From an uncultured delta proteobacterium (lineage in GTDB: Bacteria; Myxococcota; Myxococcia; Myxococcales; Myxococcaceae), in NCBI GenBank assembly GCA_963796055.1, contig CAWCKH010000003.1, positions 192,001 to 256,000 of the forward strand: a DNA stretch of 64,000 nucleotides, written 5' to 3'. The first letter of the stretch is position 1, and each line of letters starts with the position of its first letter. The notes beneath the pieces are model-generated. The model saw only the letters and a list, made by a program, of their open reading frames with translations. It was not told the DNA's origin and made no database searches. Positions 22,817 to 33,400 of the stretch are shown in pieces. The position numbers and the translations under genes are program-made.

Positions 22817-23827
22817 GTGCGGGCACTCCGTCCTCGACCCCGGGCGCTGCTCCCGGGCCTGCTGCTGCTGGGCCTCGCCGGATGCGAGCAGCCCCCCGTT
22901 TCCGAGCTGACGTTCCGGGTGGGCTATCCGGACCTGCCGAGCACGGTGCTGCTGTACGTGGCCCATGACGCGCGGCTCTTCGCCGCCGAGCACCTCCGGG
23001 TGGAGGCCAAGGTCTTCCCCACCGGGCGCGAGGCGCTGGACGCGGCCATCGCCGGCGACCTCGACGCCGTGGTGGTCTACTCGACGCCGGTGGTGGTGGA
23101 GGCGATGCGTGGCGAGGACGTGGTGGTCCTCACCACCCTCCACCGTTCCGACGGCCTGACCGGGCTCGCGGTCCACCCCCGCTCGGGGATTCGCAGCGCC
23201 GCCGACCTGCGCGGCCATCGGATCGGCGTCACCCCCGGAACCTCCTCCCAGCTGGCGCTGGACGTGATGCTGGCCGAGGGGGGCCTCGAGCCCTCCGAGA
23301 TCCAGGCCATTCCCGGCCAGCCGAAGGAGTTGATGGCGGCCCTGGCCGAGGGACAGCTCGACGCCGCCTCGCTCTGGGTGCCGAACCTCCTGCTCGCCAC
23401 GGGCAAGGGGCCGGGTCAGGCGCGGCTCCTGACCTCGGAGGTGTACGCGGACATGAGCATGCTCGCCGGCATGCGCCCGCGCATCGAGGCCCGCCGGATG
23501 GAGGCCCGGCGCTTCCTCCGGGCGTTGCTACGGGCGCAGGCGATGATTCGCCGCCGTCCCCAGCTGGTGGAGTCCACCTTGCGGCCCCGGTTTCCGCAGC
23601 TCGACGCCGAACAGCTGGCCACCGTCATCTCGCACTCGAGGTTCGAGCTCGGGCTCTCGAACCTCCTGCTCAGCACGCTCCGCCAGGAGGGCGCCTTTCT
23701 CGAGCAGCGAGGGGAGACTCGGGCCGAGCGGGTCCAGTTCCGGGACGTGCTCGCCCCTTCGATGCTCGAGGAGCTGGCCCCGGAGTCGGTGACCCTCCTC
23801 AGCCCTCCGGAGCGGCCTCTCCGGTGA
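22817..23827 (+). CDS. SsuA/NMT1-like substrate-binding lipoprotein
   Basis: Lipobox LGLAGC; IRSAADLRGHRIGVTPGTSSQ; GQLDAASLWVP. Confidence 0.82.
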   Translation: MRALRPRPRALLPGLLLLGLAGCEQPPVSELTFRVGYPDLPSTVLLYVAHDARLFAAEHLRVEAKVFPTGREALDAAIAGDLDAVVVYSTPVVVEAMRGEDVVVLTTLHRSDGLTGLAVHPRSGIRSAADLRGHRIGVTPGTSSQLALDVMLAEGGLEPSEIQAIPGQPKELMAALAEGQLDAASLWVPNLLLATGKGPGQARLLTSEVYADMSMLAGMRPRIEARRMEARRFLRALLRAQAMIRRRPQLVESTLRPRFPQLDAEQLATVISHSRFELGLSNLLLSTLRQEGAFLEQRGETRAERVQFRDVLAPSMLEELAPESVTLLSPPERPLR

Positions 23828-25287
23828 GCCTCGGACGCAAGCTCGTCGGGCCCCAGGTGCTGCTCCTCGGGCTCATCGCTGGACTGGCCGCGACGCAGCT
23901 CCTGGTGGCGCGGCACGAGCGGCGTCAGCTGGAGGAGACGACGCAGCGGCTCCAGCAGACCGGGCTGCGAATCCAGCGGCTCGCCCAGCTCTTCTCCGAC
24001 ACCGAGCGCGATCTCCTCTCCGAGGTCATCACTCGCCAGGACCTGCTCACCCGCCGCATCGAGGAGAGTGAACGGGAGATCGATCTGTTGCTGGAGGAGC
24101 TCGCGCGGGCCGACTGGCACCCGCCGGGGGACACCCTCCTCCAGGACCTCCAGCGCCTGCGGGGACCGCTGGTCGAGGCCCAGCACGGGCTGCTCCAGGC
24201 GCGGGCCAGCGGCGAGAGCCGCTCGACGTTCGTCCGCTGGTGGTTCCTGGATCAGCGCGCCAACGCGGTTCTCGCCGACCTCTCGGCCGACAACCTCAAG
24301 GGCGTCGACCGGATCCTCGTGCAGGTGGGGACCACCCGACGTCGCTCGGACGTTCTGTTGCTCAGCCTCACCCTGCTCTGCGCGCTCACCGTGCTGGGGA
24401 TGACGCTGTTCGTGTTCCGCGGCGTGGTCGGGCCGCTGGTTCGCCTCACCGCCGCCAGCCAGACGCTGGGCGACGGGAGCACGGTGCCGGTGCTCCCCGG
24501 GAGGCGGGACGAGCTCGGCGCGCTCTCGCGGGTGCTGGCCAGGACCACCGAGCGGCTGGTCAGCACCAACGCCGAGCTCCAGGAGTCGCTGGCGGTGCGG
24601 GAGCGGTTCCTCTCCATCGCTGCCCACGAGCTGCGGACCCCGCTCACCTCGCTGTCGCTCCAGCTGGCGCTGCTCCAGCGGCGGATCGAGCAGGGGGCGG
24701 ATCGGGAGGCGCTGCGGGCCAACGCCGATGCGCTCGGCCGCCAGGCCCAGCGGCTGGCGCAGCTGGTGGGAGAGCTGCTGGACGTGACCCGCATCCAGCG
24801 GGGGCGGCTCGACCTCCAACGGGAGCAGGTGCGGCTGGACACGCTGGTCCAGGAGGTCTGTGCCCGCTGCGCCCCGCTGCTCGACGCCGGTCAGAACCGG
24901 CTCTCCCTCGACCTCGAACCCGAGGTGGTGTGCGAGGTGGATTCCTCGCGCCTGGACCAGGTGCTGGTCAACCTCCTGGGGAATGCCGCGCGGCATGCCC
25001 GGGGCGCGGAGATCGAGGTCGCCCTGTGGACCTCGCCCCGGGAGACCTGTCTTCGCGTCAGGGACTCGGGTCCCGGCATTCCCGAGGCGGTGCGGGCCAG
25101 GCTGTTCGAGCCGTTCGCCCGCGCTCCGGGCGCTGCGCCCGGGCTCGGCCTGGGGCTCTTCATCAGCCGGGAGATCGTCGAGGCCCACGGCGGGCGCATC
25201 GAGATGACGACGGCCCGCGGGGAGGGAACGGTCTTCACCGTTCACCTTCCGCGGCCCGGGAGATTGCGCTCGGCGCTGACCGGGTAA
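23824..25287 (+). CDS. Membrane sensor histidine kinase (periplasmic helical sensor, HAMP, HisKA, HATPase)
   Basis: Two TM segments, RRDELGAL, AAHELRTPL, NLLGNA, DSGPGI, GLGLGL; GTGA overlap with the binding-protein gene. Confidence 0.92.
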   Translation: MSLGRKLVGPQVLLLGLIAGLAATQLLVARHERRQLEETTQRLQQTGLRIQRLAQLFSDTERDLLSEVITRQDLLTRRIEESEREIDLLLEELARADWHPPGDTLLQDLQRLRGPLVEAQHGLLQARASGESRSTFVRWWFLDQRANAVLADLSADNLKGVDRILVQVGTTRRRSDVLLLSLTLLCALTVLGMTLFVFRGVVGPLVRLTAASQTLGDGSTVPVLPGRRDELGALSRVLARTTERLVSTNAELQESLAVRERFLSIAAHELRTPLTSLSLQLALLQRRIEQGADREALRANADALGRQAQRLAQLVGELLDVTRIQRGRLDLQREQVRLDTLVQEVCARCAPLLDAGQNRLSLDLEPEVVCEVDSSRLDQVLVNLLGNAARHARGAEIEVALWTSPRETCLRVRDSGPGIPEAVRARLFEPFARAPGAAPGLGLGLFISREIVEAHGGRIEMTTARGEGTVFTVHLPRPGRLRSALTG

Positions 25288-25288
25288 G

Positions 25289-25492
25289 GTCAGGGCGGCC
25301 GCAGTCGAGATCCGGGTCAGCGGATCCTCGGGCGCTAGGGTCGGCGAGTTCAGGGCGGCCGCAGTCAGTTAGTCAGGCGGCCGCAGTCGAGATCCGGGTC
25401 AGCGGATCCTCGGGCGCTAGGGTCGGCGAGTTCAGGGCGGCCGCAGTCAGTTAGTCAGGCGGCCGCAGTCAGCTCTAGTGGAGCTCTAGTGG
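25289..25492. repeat. Intergenic 82-bp tandem duplication (~2.2 copies) with five GGCGGCCGCAGTC cores, plus an 11-bp AGCTCTAGTGG duplication
   Basis: 25295-25376 repeated at 25377-25458; located between convergent genes. Confidence 0.92.
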
Positions 25493-25499
25493 CCGGTCC

Positions 25500-27140
25500 T
25501 CAGTAATCCATGTCCTCGCCGCCGTAGTCCGGCCCGCCGGCGGCGGCGCCGCCCTTGCTCTTCTTCTTGGGCTTCTCGGCGACCATGGCCTCGGTGGTCA
25601 GGAGCAGCGAGGCGACGGAGGCGGCGTTCTGGAGCGCGGTCCGCTCGACCTTGGTGGGGTCGATGACCCCGGCCTTCTCCAGATCCTCGTAGGTCTCGGT
25701 GCGGGCGTTGAGGCCGAAGGCGCCCTTGCCGGCCATGACCTTGTCCACCACCACCGCGCCTTCCAGTCCGGCGTTCTGGGCGATCCTCCGGAGGGGCTCG
25801 ACGAGGGCGCGCTTCACGATGTCCACGCCGAAGGACTGCTCGCCCGGAATCTTGAGGGTCTCCAGGGCCGGCAGGCAACGGAGGTACGCCACGCCGCCGC
25901 CGGGGACGATGCCCTCCTCCACCGCGGCGCGGGTAGCATGCAGCGCGTCCTCCACCCGGGCCTTTCGCTCCTTCATCTCCGTCTCGGTGGCGGCGCCGAC
26001 CTTCACCACCGCCACCCCGCCCACCAGCTTGGCCAGCCGCTCCTGGAGCTTCTCCCGGTCGTAGTCGCTGGTGGTCTCGTCGATCTGGACGCGGATCTGC
26101 TTGATGCGGGCCTCGATGTCCGGCTTCTTCCCCGCGCCATCGATGATGGTGGTGTTGTCCTTGTCGATCTTCACCTTCTTGGCGCGGCCGAGGTCGTTGA
26201 GGGTCACGCTCTCGAAGGTGATGCCCAGCTCCTCGCTGACCACCGTGCCGCCGGTCAGGACGGCGATGTCCTTGAGCATCTCCTTCCGGCGGTCACCGAA
26301 GCCCGGCGCCTTCACCGCGGCCACGTTGAGCACGCCGCGGAGCTTGTTCACCACCAGGGTGGCCAGGGCCTCGCCCTCCACGTCCTCGGCGATGATCAGC
26401 AGCGGCTTGCCCGAGCGCGCCACCTGCTCCAGCAGCGGGATGAGATCCGCCATGGCGCTGATCTTCTTCTCGCTGATCAGGATGGACGGGTCGTCCAGCT
26501 CGACCTCCATCCGCTCGCGGTTGGTGACGAAGTACGGGCTGATGTAGCCGCGGTCGAACTGCATGCCCTCCACCACCTCGAGGGTGGTCTCCAGCGCCTT
26601 GCCCTCCTCGACGGTGATGACCCCCTCCTTGCCCACCTTCTCCATGGCCTCGGCGATGATGTTGCCGATGGTCTCGTCGCCGTTGGCGGAGATGGCGCCG
26701 ACCTGGGCGATCTCCTTCTTGTCCTTGGTGGGCTTGCTGAGCTTCCTCAGCTCGGCCACCACGGTCTCCACCGCCCGGTCGATGCCGCGCTTGAGCTCCA
26801 TCGGGCCGTGGCCGGCGGCCACCAGCTTCAGGCCCTCCTCGTAGATGGCCCGGGCGAGGATGGTGGCGGTGGTGGTGCCGTCGCCGGCGGTCTCGGAGGT
26901 CTTGCTCGCCACCTCCTTCACCATCTGGGCGCCCATGTTCTCGAACTTGTTCTCCAGCTCGATCTCCTTGGCCACGGTGACGCCATCCTTGGTGATCGTC
27001 GGAGACCCGAACGACTTCTCGATGACCACGTTCCGGCCCTTGGGGCCGAGGGTCACCGCGACCGCGTCGGAGAGGACCCGCACCCCGCGCAGGATCGCGT
27101 CGCGCGCGCCCTGGTGGAAATAGATTTCCTTGGCTGCCAT
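25500..27140 (-). CDS. groEL: Chaperonin GroEL (myxobacterial GroEL2 type, no adjacent groES)
   Basis: [30 protein letters not shown]; tail [10 protein letters not shown] instead of GGM repeats. Confidence 0.97.
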   Translation of the reverse strand: MAAKEIYFHQGARDAILRGVRVLSDAVAVTLGPKGRNVVIEKSFGSPTITKDGVTVAKEIELENKFENMGAQMVKEVASKTSETAGDGTTTATILARAIYEEGLKLVAAGHGPMELKRGIDRAVETVVAELRKLSKPTKDKKEIAQVGAISANGDETIGNIIAEAMEKVGKEGVITVEEGKALETTLEVVEGMQFDRGYISPYFVTNRERMEVELDDPSILISEKKISAMADLIPLLEQVARSGKPLLIIAEDVEGEALATLVVNKLRGVLNVAAVKAPGFGDRRKEMLKDIAVLTGGTVVSEELGITFESVTLNDLGRAKKVKIDKDNTTIIDGAGKKPDIEARIKQIRVQIDETTSDYDREKLQERLAKLVGGVAVVKVGAATETEMKERKARVEDALHATRAAVEEGIVPGGGVAYLRCLPALETLKIPGEQSFGVDIVKRALVEPLRRIAQNAGLEGAVVVDKVMAGKGAFGLNARTETYEDLEKAGVIDPTKVERTALQNAASVASLLLTTEAMVAEKPKKKSKGGAAAGGPDYGGEDMDY

Positions 27141-27183
27141 CTGCAAACCTCCGGAAAACCTGCGTTTTTGAAAGTCGCCGGAC

Positions 27184-27210
27184 TTGGCACTCCCCGGCTG
27201 CGAGCGCCAA
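27184..27210. promoter_or_regulatory. CIRCE element (HrcA operator)
   Basis: TTGGCACTC-N9-GAGCGCCAA versus the consensus TTAGCACTC-N9-GAGTGCTAA, upstream of groEL. Confidence 0.9.
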
Positions 27211-27236
27211 CCTAAAGGTCCCAGCGGCGTTGTCAA
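27209..27236 (-). promoter_or_regulatory. Sigma70-type promoter of groEL
   Basis: Minus strand TTGACA-16 nt-TAGGTT abutting the CIRCE. Confidence 0.7.
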
Positions 27237-27261
27237 CGTGAAGTGAGAGTCTCTCTGAAGG

Positions 27262-28353
27262 GTGCGAATCCTTTACGGGGTGGTGGGCGAAGGCATGGGG
27301 CACGCCACCCGGTCACGGGTGGTCCTCGAGGAGCTGGTCAAGGAGCACGAGGTGCAGGTGGTCGCCTCGGGCCGGGCACATGCGTACCTCGCCGAGCGCT
27401 TCCCGGACGTGCACCGCATCTGGGGGCTCACCATCCACTACGAGGGAAACGCCATCCGCCGGATCCCCACCGTGCTCCGCAACCTGCGCGGCGCGGTCCG
27501 GGGCTGGCCGAGGAACGTGGCCGAGTACTTCAAGCTCGTCGCCTCGTTCCGGCCCGAGGTGGTGATCAGCGACTTCGAGAGCTTCAGCTACTACTTCGGC
27601 AAGGCGCACCGGATCCCGGTCATCGACCTGGACAACATCCACGTCATCAGCAAGTGCCGGCACTCGCCCGAGCTGCTCCGCGGTCACGAGCGCGACTTCG
27701 GGCTCATCCGCAGCGTGGTTGCGGCCAAGCTGCCTCGGTGCTTCCACTACGTCATCCCGACGTTCTTCTACCCGCCCGTCCGCTCGAGGCGAACCACGCT
27801 GGTCCCGCCGGTGCTCAGACCCGAGGTGGTCGCGGCGAGGAGCGAGCGCGGCGAGCACCTCCTCGTGTACCAGACCGCGACCACCAACGTGGCCCTGCCG
27901 GAGGTGCTGCGCCGGCTCGGCGTCCCGGCGCGGGTCTACGGACTGAAGCGCGACTTGAAGGAAGATCTGGTGGAGGGGAGCGTGACCTACCGACCCTTCA
28001 GCGAGGCGGGCTTCATCGCCGATCTCCGCACCGCCCGCGCCGTGGTCGCCGGGGGCGGATTCACCCTGCTGAGCGAGGCGGTGTACCTCCGCAAGCCCGT
28101 GCTCTCCGTCCCGGTGGAACGGCAGTTCGAGCAGGTGCTCAACGCCCTCTACATCCAGGAGCTCGGCTACGGCGCCTACGCCCGGCGCCTGGGGGACGAG
28201 GTCCTCGAGACCTTCCTCGCGCGCGTGCCGAAGTACGAGCAGGCACTCGCCGGCTACACCCAGGACGGCAACAGGGTCGCCCTGACAGCGGTGAACGAGC
28301 AGCTGACCCGGGTGGCGGCACGGAAGAGATCGAGGGTGAACGCCCTGCCGTGA
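27262..28353 (+). CDS. GT-B glycosyltransferase, MJ1255/VC2487 family
   Basis: [47 protein letters not shown]. Confidence 0.88.
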   Translation: MRILYGVVGEGMGHATRSRVVLEELVKEHEVQVVASGRAHAYLAERFPDVHRIWGLTIHYEGNAIRRIPTVLRNLRGAVRGWPRNVAEYFKLVASFRPEVVISDFESFSYYFGKAHRIPVIDLDNIHVISKCRHSPELLRGHERDFGLIRSVVAAKLPRCFHYVIPTFFYPPVRSRRTTLVPPVLRPEVVAARSERGEHLLVYQTATTNVALPEVLRRLGVPARVYGLKRDLKEDLVEGSVTYRPFSEAGFIADLRTARAVVAGGGFTLLSEAVYLRKPVLSVPVERQFEQVLNALYIQELGYGAYARRLGDEVLETFLARVPKYEQALAGYTQDGNRVALTAVNEQLTRVAARKRSRVNALP

Positions 28354-28445
28354 CCAACCTCGGGCTGGCGATTGGACTTTGGGCGTAGACAGTCGGACGA
28401 GGTCCCGCCCCGCCCTCACTGATATCGCCAGGACGGTTTGGGCCC

Positions 28446-28741
28446 ATGTCCTGGCGAAGGTGGAGAACGACCGTCTCGTTCCGCCTGATGCTCGTCTCCG
28501 CTCTCTCCCTGGGCAATGCGGGAGCCGCCATGGAGAACGATCTTGCCGACGCGGGCACCGGCTACCCCGAAAATCCGGTGTCCGACTACGTCAATCGCTC
28601 GAGCGATGGTCTGACCTCCGTCGAGGTGCCCGGCCCCAGCGCTCCGAGCGTCACCTCCGTCGACGTCGCCACGCCCGCGCCGACGTCGCCTTCAGCAAGG
28701 AGGGGGTGAGCTTCTACTTCTCGGTCGGCGAAGCGTTCTGA
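28446..28741 (+). pseudogene. Probable remnant of an outer-membrane beta-barrel (Omp85/TamA-like) gene
   Basis: Signal-peptide-like start in one frame; barrel-terminal strands RADVAFSKEGVSFYFSVGEAF* in another frame; the barrel body is missing. Confidence 0.5.
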
Positions 28742-28853
28742 ACGACTCTCCCCGACGGGTCCGAGCGTGCGCCGGGCCGGAGCATTGCCCTGGCCCCCGA
28801 CGGCACATCTCGGTGGACAACGTGCCGGTGCCCGGCCACCATCTGCTGCTCCT

Positions 28854-28949
28854 GGTAGAGCCTCCGAGCCTGGTGGCCGGCCTGGTCTTCAAAACCAGTG
28901 GGACGGCGCGCGAGCGTCGTCCGGGTGGTTCGATTCCGCTGCTCTACCG
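28854..28949 (+). tRNA. selC: tRNA-Sec (UCA)
   Basis: 8-bp acceptor GGTAGAGC/GCTCTACC, D arm with TGGT loop, anticodon arm CTGGT-CTTCAAA-ACCAG, long variable arm, 5-bp T stem with TTCGATT loop, G discriminator; CCA not encoded. Confidence 0.93.
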
Positions 28950-28964
28950 AACGAGGTGCAGGAC

Positions 28965-29141
28965 GTGCAGCATCTGATCAGCGCGTCGAGCCTGCTGCAG
29001 TACCTGCTCTTCCTCTGCGTCGTCACCGCGCTGGCCAAGCCGACGGGAGGCCACCTGGCGCGCGTCCTCGGCGAGACACCGCCCTTCTACCGTCTGCTCG
29101 GTCCGGTCGAGCAGCTGGTCTTCCGGCTCATCGGCCCCTAG
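28965..29141 (+). pseudogene. kdpA: Truncated N-terminal fragment resembling potassium-transporting ATPase subunit KdpA
   Basis: LLQYLLFLCVVTALAKPTGGHLARV...LLGPVEQLVFRLIG* matches the KdpA N-terminal pattern but is only ~58 aa; no kdpBC follows. Confidence 0.65.
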
Positions 29142-29190
29142 AGGACCCCTTGAGGGGTTCGCGCGAGCGTCGTCCGGGGGCCGCGGCCGC

Positions 29191-30432
29191 TCAGTTCGCC
29201 GGGACCCCGAGGTAGGTCTCGTCGTGCCAGTCCCCGGTGGTGTAGACGAAGCCGCCGAGCATTGGCGCGGCGACCCCCGAGAACCGCTTCACCGGCATGG
29301 GCGTCAGCTCCACCCAGGTATCGGTCGCCGGATCGTACGCGGTCGTGTCGTCGACCAGGACCGCGTTGGCAATCTCCCCCCCGAGCACGAGGATGCGGTC
29401 TCGGAAGACGAAGGTGCTCTCGGTGATGTGGCTCCGGGCCCGGGGCATGCTTGCCCCGCGGGTCCAGGTGTCGGTAGCCGGATCATAGACCTCCACGTCC
29501 GGGACCGTGACCAGGGTCTCATCGTGATCGTGCTGCCCGCCGATGACGTAGATCTTCCCGGCGTAGACGGCCGAGCCGACGTGGTTGCGCGGCGTGGGGA
29601 GGGAGGCGGCGCTGGTCCAGCCGGTCGCCCCTCCCGCGAGATCGAGTACCCAGTGCTGGTTGGTGTCGTGTGCCTGTCTGGCGCTCAGGCCGCCCATGAA
29701 GTGGAGCTTCCCGCCGAGGTAGGCCAGCGTCCCGGCGCCCCGCGCGTCCGGGAGCGCAGGCATCGCCTCGTACCGGTCGCCCGCCACGCGGTACGCCCAG
29801 ACGTGGACCGTTCCGAACACCTGGTAGGTCCGGGAGGCATCCTCGACGAAGCCGCCGACCAGGTAGACGTCGGTGCCGTCGGTGGCCGTGCCGGCGTGGC
29901 TGACTCCTTCTGGAAGGTCGGCGAGCCGGGTCCAGGTGTTGCTCGCGGGGTCGTAGGCGAAGGCGTGACGGGTGGGGGTGCAGCACGGCTTGAACGGGTC
30001 GAAGCCACCAAACGTGTAGAGCTTGCCGCCCACCAGCGCGCCCTGGGATTCGCTGGTCCCCTCGGGCCGGAGCGCGAGCTGGCTCCAGCGGATGGCGGTG
30101 AACCCACCGCCGCCCGCTCCCCCGTCCGGGACGCCGCCATCCGGGGTCCCGGCATCGGGTGACCCCTCGGGACCTGCATCGGGTGGCCCCGCATCCGGTC
30201 CAGCGTCGGTGCCGGCGTCCAGCCCGGTGCCGCCGTCCGTGCCCCCCGGCCCCCCGTCCGGTCCCGACGCGATCTTTCCCGGCCCCGAGGAGCCGCAGCT
30301 CAACAGTGCAGCGACGACTGCGATGGTCCACCCGCGATGCAAACCCGCGCCCTCCTGCCCGCTCACCCGGGGGCCGCCCGTCCTCGGGGCATCCGCCTCG
30401 AGGAAGGGAATGCCGATGCCCGGGGATGGCAT
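29191..30432 (-). CDS. Kelch-repeat beta-propeller lipoprotein (true start probably ~30340-30367)
   Basis: Lipobox ALLSC, DAG/DGG linker, six kelch blades (KLYTFGG, YDPA..TW). Confidence 0.85.
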   Translation of the reverse strand: MPSPGIGIPFLEADAPRTGGPRVSGQEGAGLHRGWTIAVVAALLSCGSSGPGKIASGPDGGPGGTDGGTGLDAGTDAGPDAGPPDAGPEGSPDAGTPDGGVPDGGAGGGGFTAIRWSQLALRPEGTSESQGALVGGKLYTFGGFDPFKPCCTPTRHAFAYDPASNTWTRLADLPEGVSHAGTATDGTDVYLVGGFVEDASRTYQVFGTVHVWAYRVAGDRYEAMPALPDARGAGTLAYLGGKLHFMGGLSARQAHDTNQHWVLDLAGGATGWTSAASLPTPRNHVGSAVYAGKIYVIGGQHDHDETLVTVPDVEVYDPATDTWTRGASMPRARSHITESTFVFRDRILVLGGEIANAVLVDDTTAYDPATDTWVELTPMPVKRFSGVAAPMLGGFVYTTGDWHDETYLGVPAN

Positions 30433-30484
30433 CCAGTGGCTGGCGGTGAACGCTCGCCGGTGGACAGTCCACCCGCACGGCCGC

Positions 30485-33400
30485 TCAACCCGGCGGCGAC
30501 GGAGGCACGGGCGCCGGAGCCGTCACCACCTTCGGCGGCCGCGGTCGCCACAGCCCGCCGGTGCCGAGCGCGTTCCACCCGGCCCGCACCCAGGACAGGA
30601 GCGCAGTCGCCATCCAAAGAGCCCAGGCAAGCATCGCCAGCCGGTAGACGAGCAGGGGCACCGAGAAGACCAGCGGTCGGGGGAGCGCGCCCGGCACGCG
30701 GTCGGCGGTCCAGCGCAGCGACTCGAGCACCGAGCCGTTGCCGGCGATCTGCATGTCGGGCTGGCCGAGCAGCCCGCGCCGGACCGCCTCGAAGAGGGCA
30801 AGGAGGGCGAACCCGGTGGTCACCACCAGCGCCAGCTGCATCAGGTTGAACGCCCACCACGGCCGTACCCGGGCGCCGAACGCGCCACGCCACCCGAGCG
30901 CCAGCAGCCACAGCACCACCAGCGCCGCGGAGGGAACCGAGACCTGCGTCAGGCCCACCCCGAGCAGCATCCAGGCGCCGAGCCGCAGCGGGCTGTGTGG
31001 CACCCGGGCGAGCGCCAGCGCAACCAGCGCCGTCACCAGCAGCACGCTCCAGAAGAGCACCGCCGGGCCGAAGGTGGGCCCGGCCAGCCAGAGGACCCAG
31101 CGCTGCGCAGGAAGAGAGACGACCACGTCCACGTTCGCGCCCGGAGCGCCCGCATCCACGGCCGAGGGCCGGAATGCCGCCGTGATGCCGCGCGGCTCAC
31201 GCCACCGCACCGCCACCTGCGACCTGGGCGGGGTGAGCGTCACCAGCAGCCGGCTTCCGTCCAGCCGCACCGGCTGTGCCTGTCCGTTCACGGCCAACCC
31301 GAGCAGCTCGATCCCGGGCGGCAGCGCCAGCACGTGCTGTCCGCCGCGGCTGGTCCGGAAGACCAGCTCCAGGCCCACCTCCGTCGCATGCAGCCCGGGG
31401 CGCACCTCCTCCTTGCCGCTGTCGAGAGTGAGCGTCGCCCCACCGATGCCCTCCGGCCGGGTGACCTGGATCGACACCGACTCCCCCGGCCAGGGAAGCC
31501 AGGTGGGCTGGTGCGACTCGGCCCCGGCGCCCGGGTGCACGGGGGCGATGCCTCCGAGCTGGACGTGCCACATCGGCCCTGCATCGAGGACCCAGCGCTC
31601 CACGAACGAGGCGGACGAGGGTGCGGAAAGCGACAGCGCCGGACGCTGCTCGAGGGTGCTGCGCCAGGACAGGCTCGCCGTTCCGGGCGGGAGATTGACC
31701 GCGACCGCTCCCTCGCTGACCGGTAGATCCGCGGTCAGCACCGCCTCGCCGGGCAGCAACGGGACGCGGAGCACGACCGCGCTTCCCGGCGGCGACAGCC
31801 GTTCGACCTCGGTCTCCACGTTCCAGGTCAGCCCCAGCCGGAGCGTGCGCGTGACCCGGGCGAAGGCCGGGAGCGCTCCGGGGCGCAGCGCCTCGCCACC
31901 GCCGGCGCGCTCGAGACGGCTGAGCTGCAAGGTCGGCTCGGGCCGACCATCCTCGCGGACGCCGTCCACCTTCCAGCCCCGTGCCTGGACGGTGAGGTAC
32001 CGCGGACGGAGCCCCAGCGGGAGCTGCGCCGAGTCGGCCCGGGGGAGGGCACCGGACATGAGCACGGTGTGGACACCGGGCCGGAGCACCAGCCAGCTCA
32101 CCCCCTCGACCTGGCGCAGCGCCACCGCCGGCTTTCCATCGAGCAGGATCTGCTCGGGGCGCCACCCTTCCCCGCCACCGGCGAGCGGCACCGCGACCAG
32201 CGCCGCGGCCTGGAGCTCCACCCGGAGCTTCAGCCTGACGGGGTCCACTTCCAGGAAGGCCCGGCCCGCAGAGGCGCAGCTCGGCGCGCACCTGGGCGCC
32301 TCGAGGAGCTTGTCCCGAAGCTGGACCAGACGCTCGTCGCTGGGCTGCTCCTCGGCGCGCGCCGGCCGGGGAGCAGCGAGGAGGAGGGCCATCGCCGCGG
32401 CCGCCGCCGCCGAGCCAGTCCGGGGCGCCGCCGGACGCCACGGCCCGGAGCGGAGGAGCAGCAGCGACCCCAGCCAGGCGAGGAGCGCCACCCGCAGCAG
32501 CCCGAGGACCACGTTCTCGGTGGGCGAGAGGAGCCACAGATGCAGAGACTGGCCCTGCTGCACCGGGCCGCTCCAGCGCAGCGGCACCTGCTGCCACGTC
32601 CAGCGGGGAATGCCCGGGCCGGTCTGCACCACGGCGTTCCGATCGATCTCGGAGACGGTGGAGTTTGGCGCCGAGGAGACCGCGGCTCCGTAGTTCCCCC
32701 CGACAACCCCGGACCCCGCGCGCCCGGTGGCCACCGCTCCGGCCGGCTGCTCTGCCCCCTCCTTCTTCTTCTCCGGCGGCCGGCGGACGGCCGACTTGTC
32801 GAGCTCCTGCTCCTCGCGGGCCATCGGCTCCGCCACGGGTGGCGCGGCCGGCTCGACCGCCACCGACTGTGGCGGCCGCCCCGCCCGGCCGGGCAGGAGC
32901 GAACCCTCGCCTTGCTCCGGCGGTCCGAGCGCCGGGTACAGACGATCGCGGAGATGGTCGAGCGCGAACGAGACCAGCACCAGCGCCAGCACCCCGAACG
33001 CGACCCAGCGGAACCCGCGGACGAACGGCCGCAGGCGACCCTCTGGCACCACGCGGCGGAGCGCCTCGGCCACCAGCACCAGGAGCCACGCCCAGCGGGG
33101 GGCGCCCGCCTCCGGGAAACTGAGCACCAGCGCCACCAGGGCCAGGGCTCCCACGCGCCAGCCGAACAACCGTGCGGTCGCGAGCGCGAGGATCAGCACC
33201 AGGAAGAGGTCGAGCAGGGACCAGCGCTGGATCCACGTCCCTTGCGCCTCGTCGACCCCGGTCGCGGCGAAGAGGCTCCAGCCGGGTGGGAGGTGGGCCA
33301 GGGCGGCCACCCTGGTGAAGTCGTGCGCCCAGGCCACCGCCGGCAGCCGACCGCCGCCCTGCTCCAGCCGGCCGTCGGCGGTCATTGCCAGGTTCCCCGC

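Noticed and set aside
25289..25470. CRISPR array interpretation of the GGCGGCCGCAGTC repeats (also 36328-36523)
   Set aside because: The intervening sequences are duplicated rather than unique, spacing alternates, and no cas genes are present.
28767..28964. 5' part of ORF 28767..29141 as coding sequence
   Set aside because: It runs through the tRNA-Sec gene; only the part after ~28965 looks protein-like.
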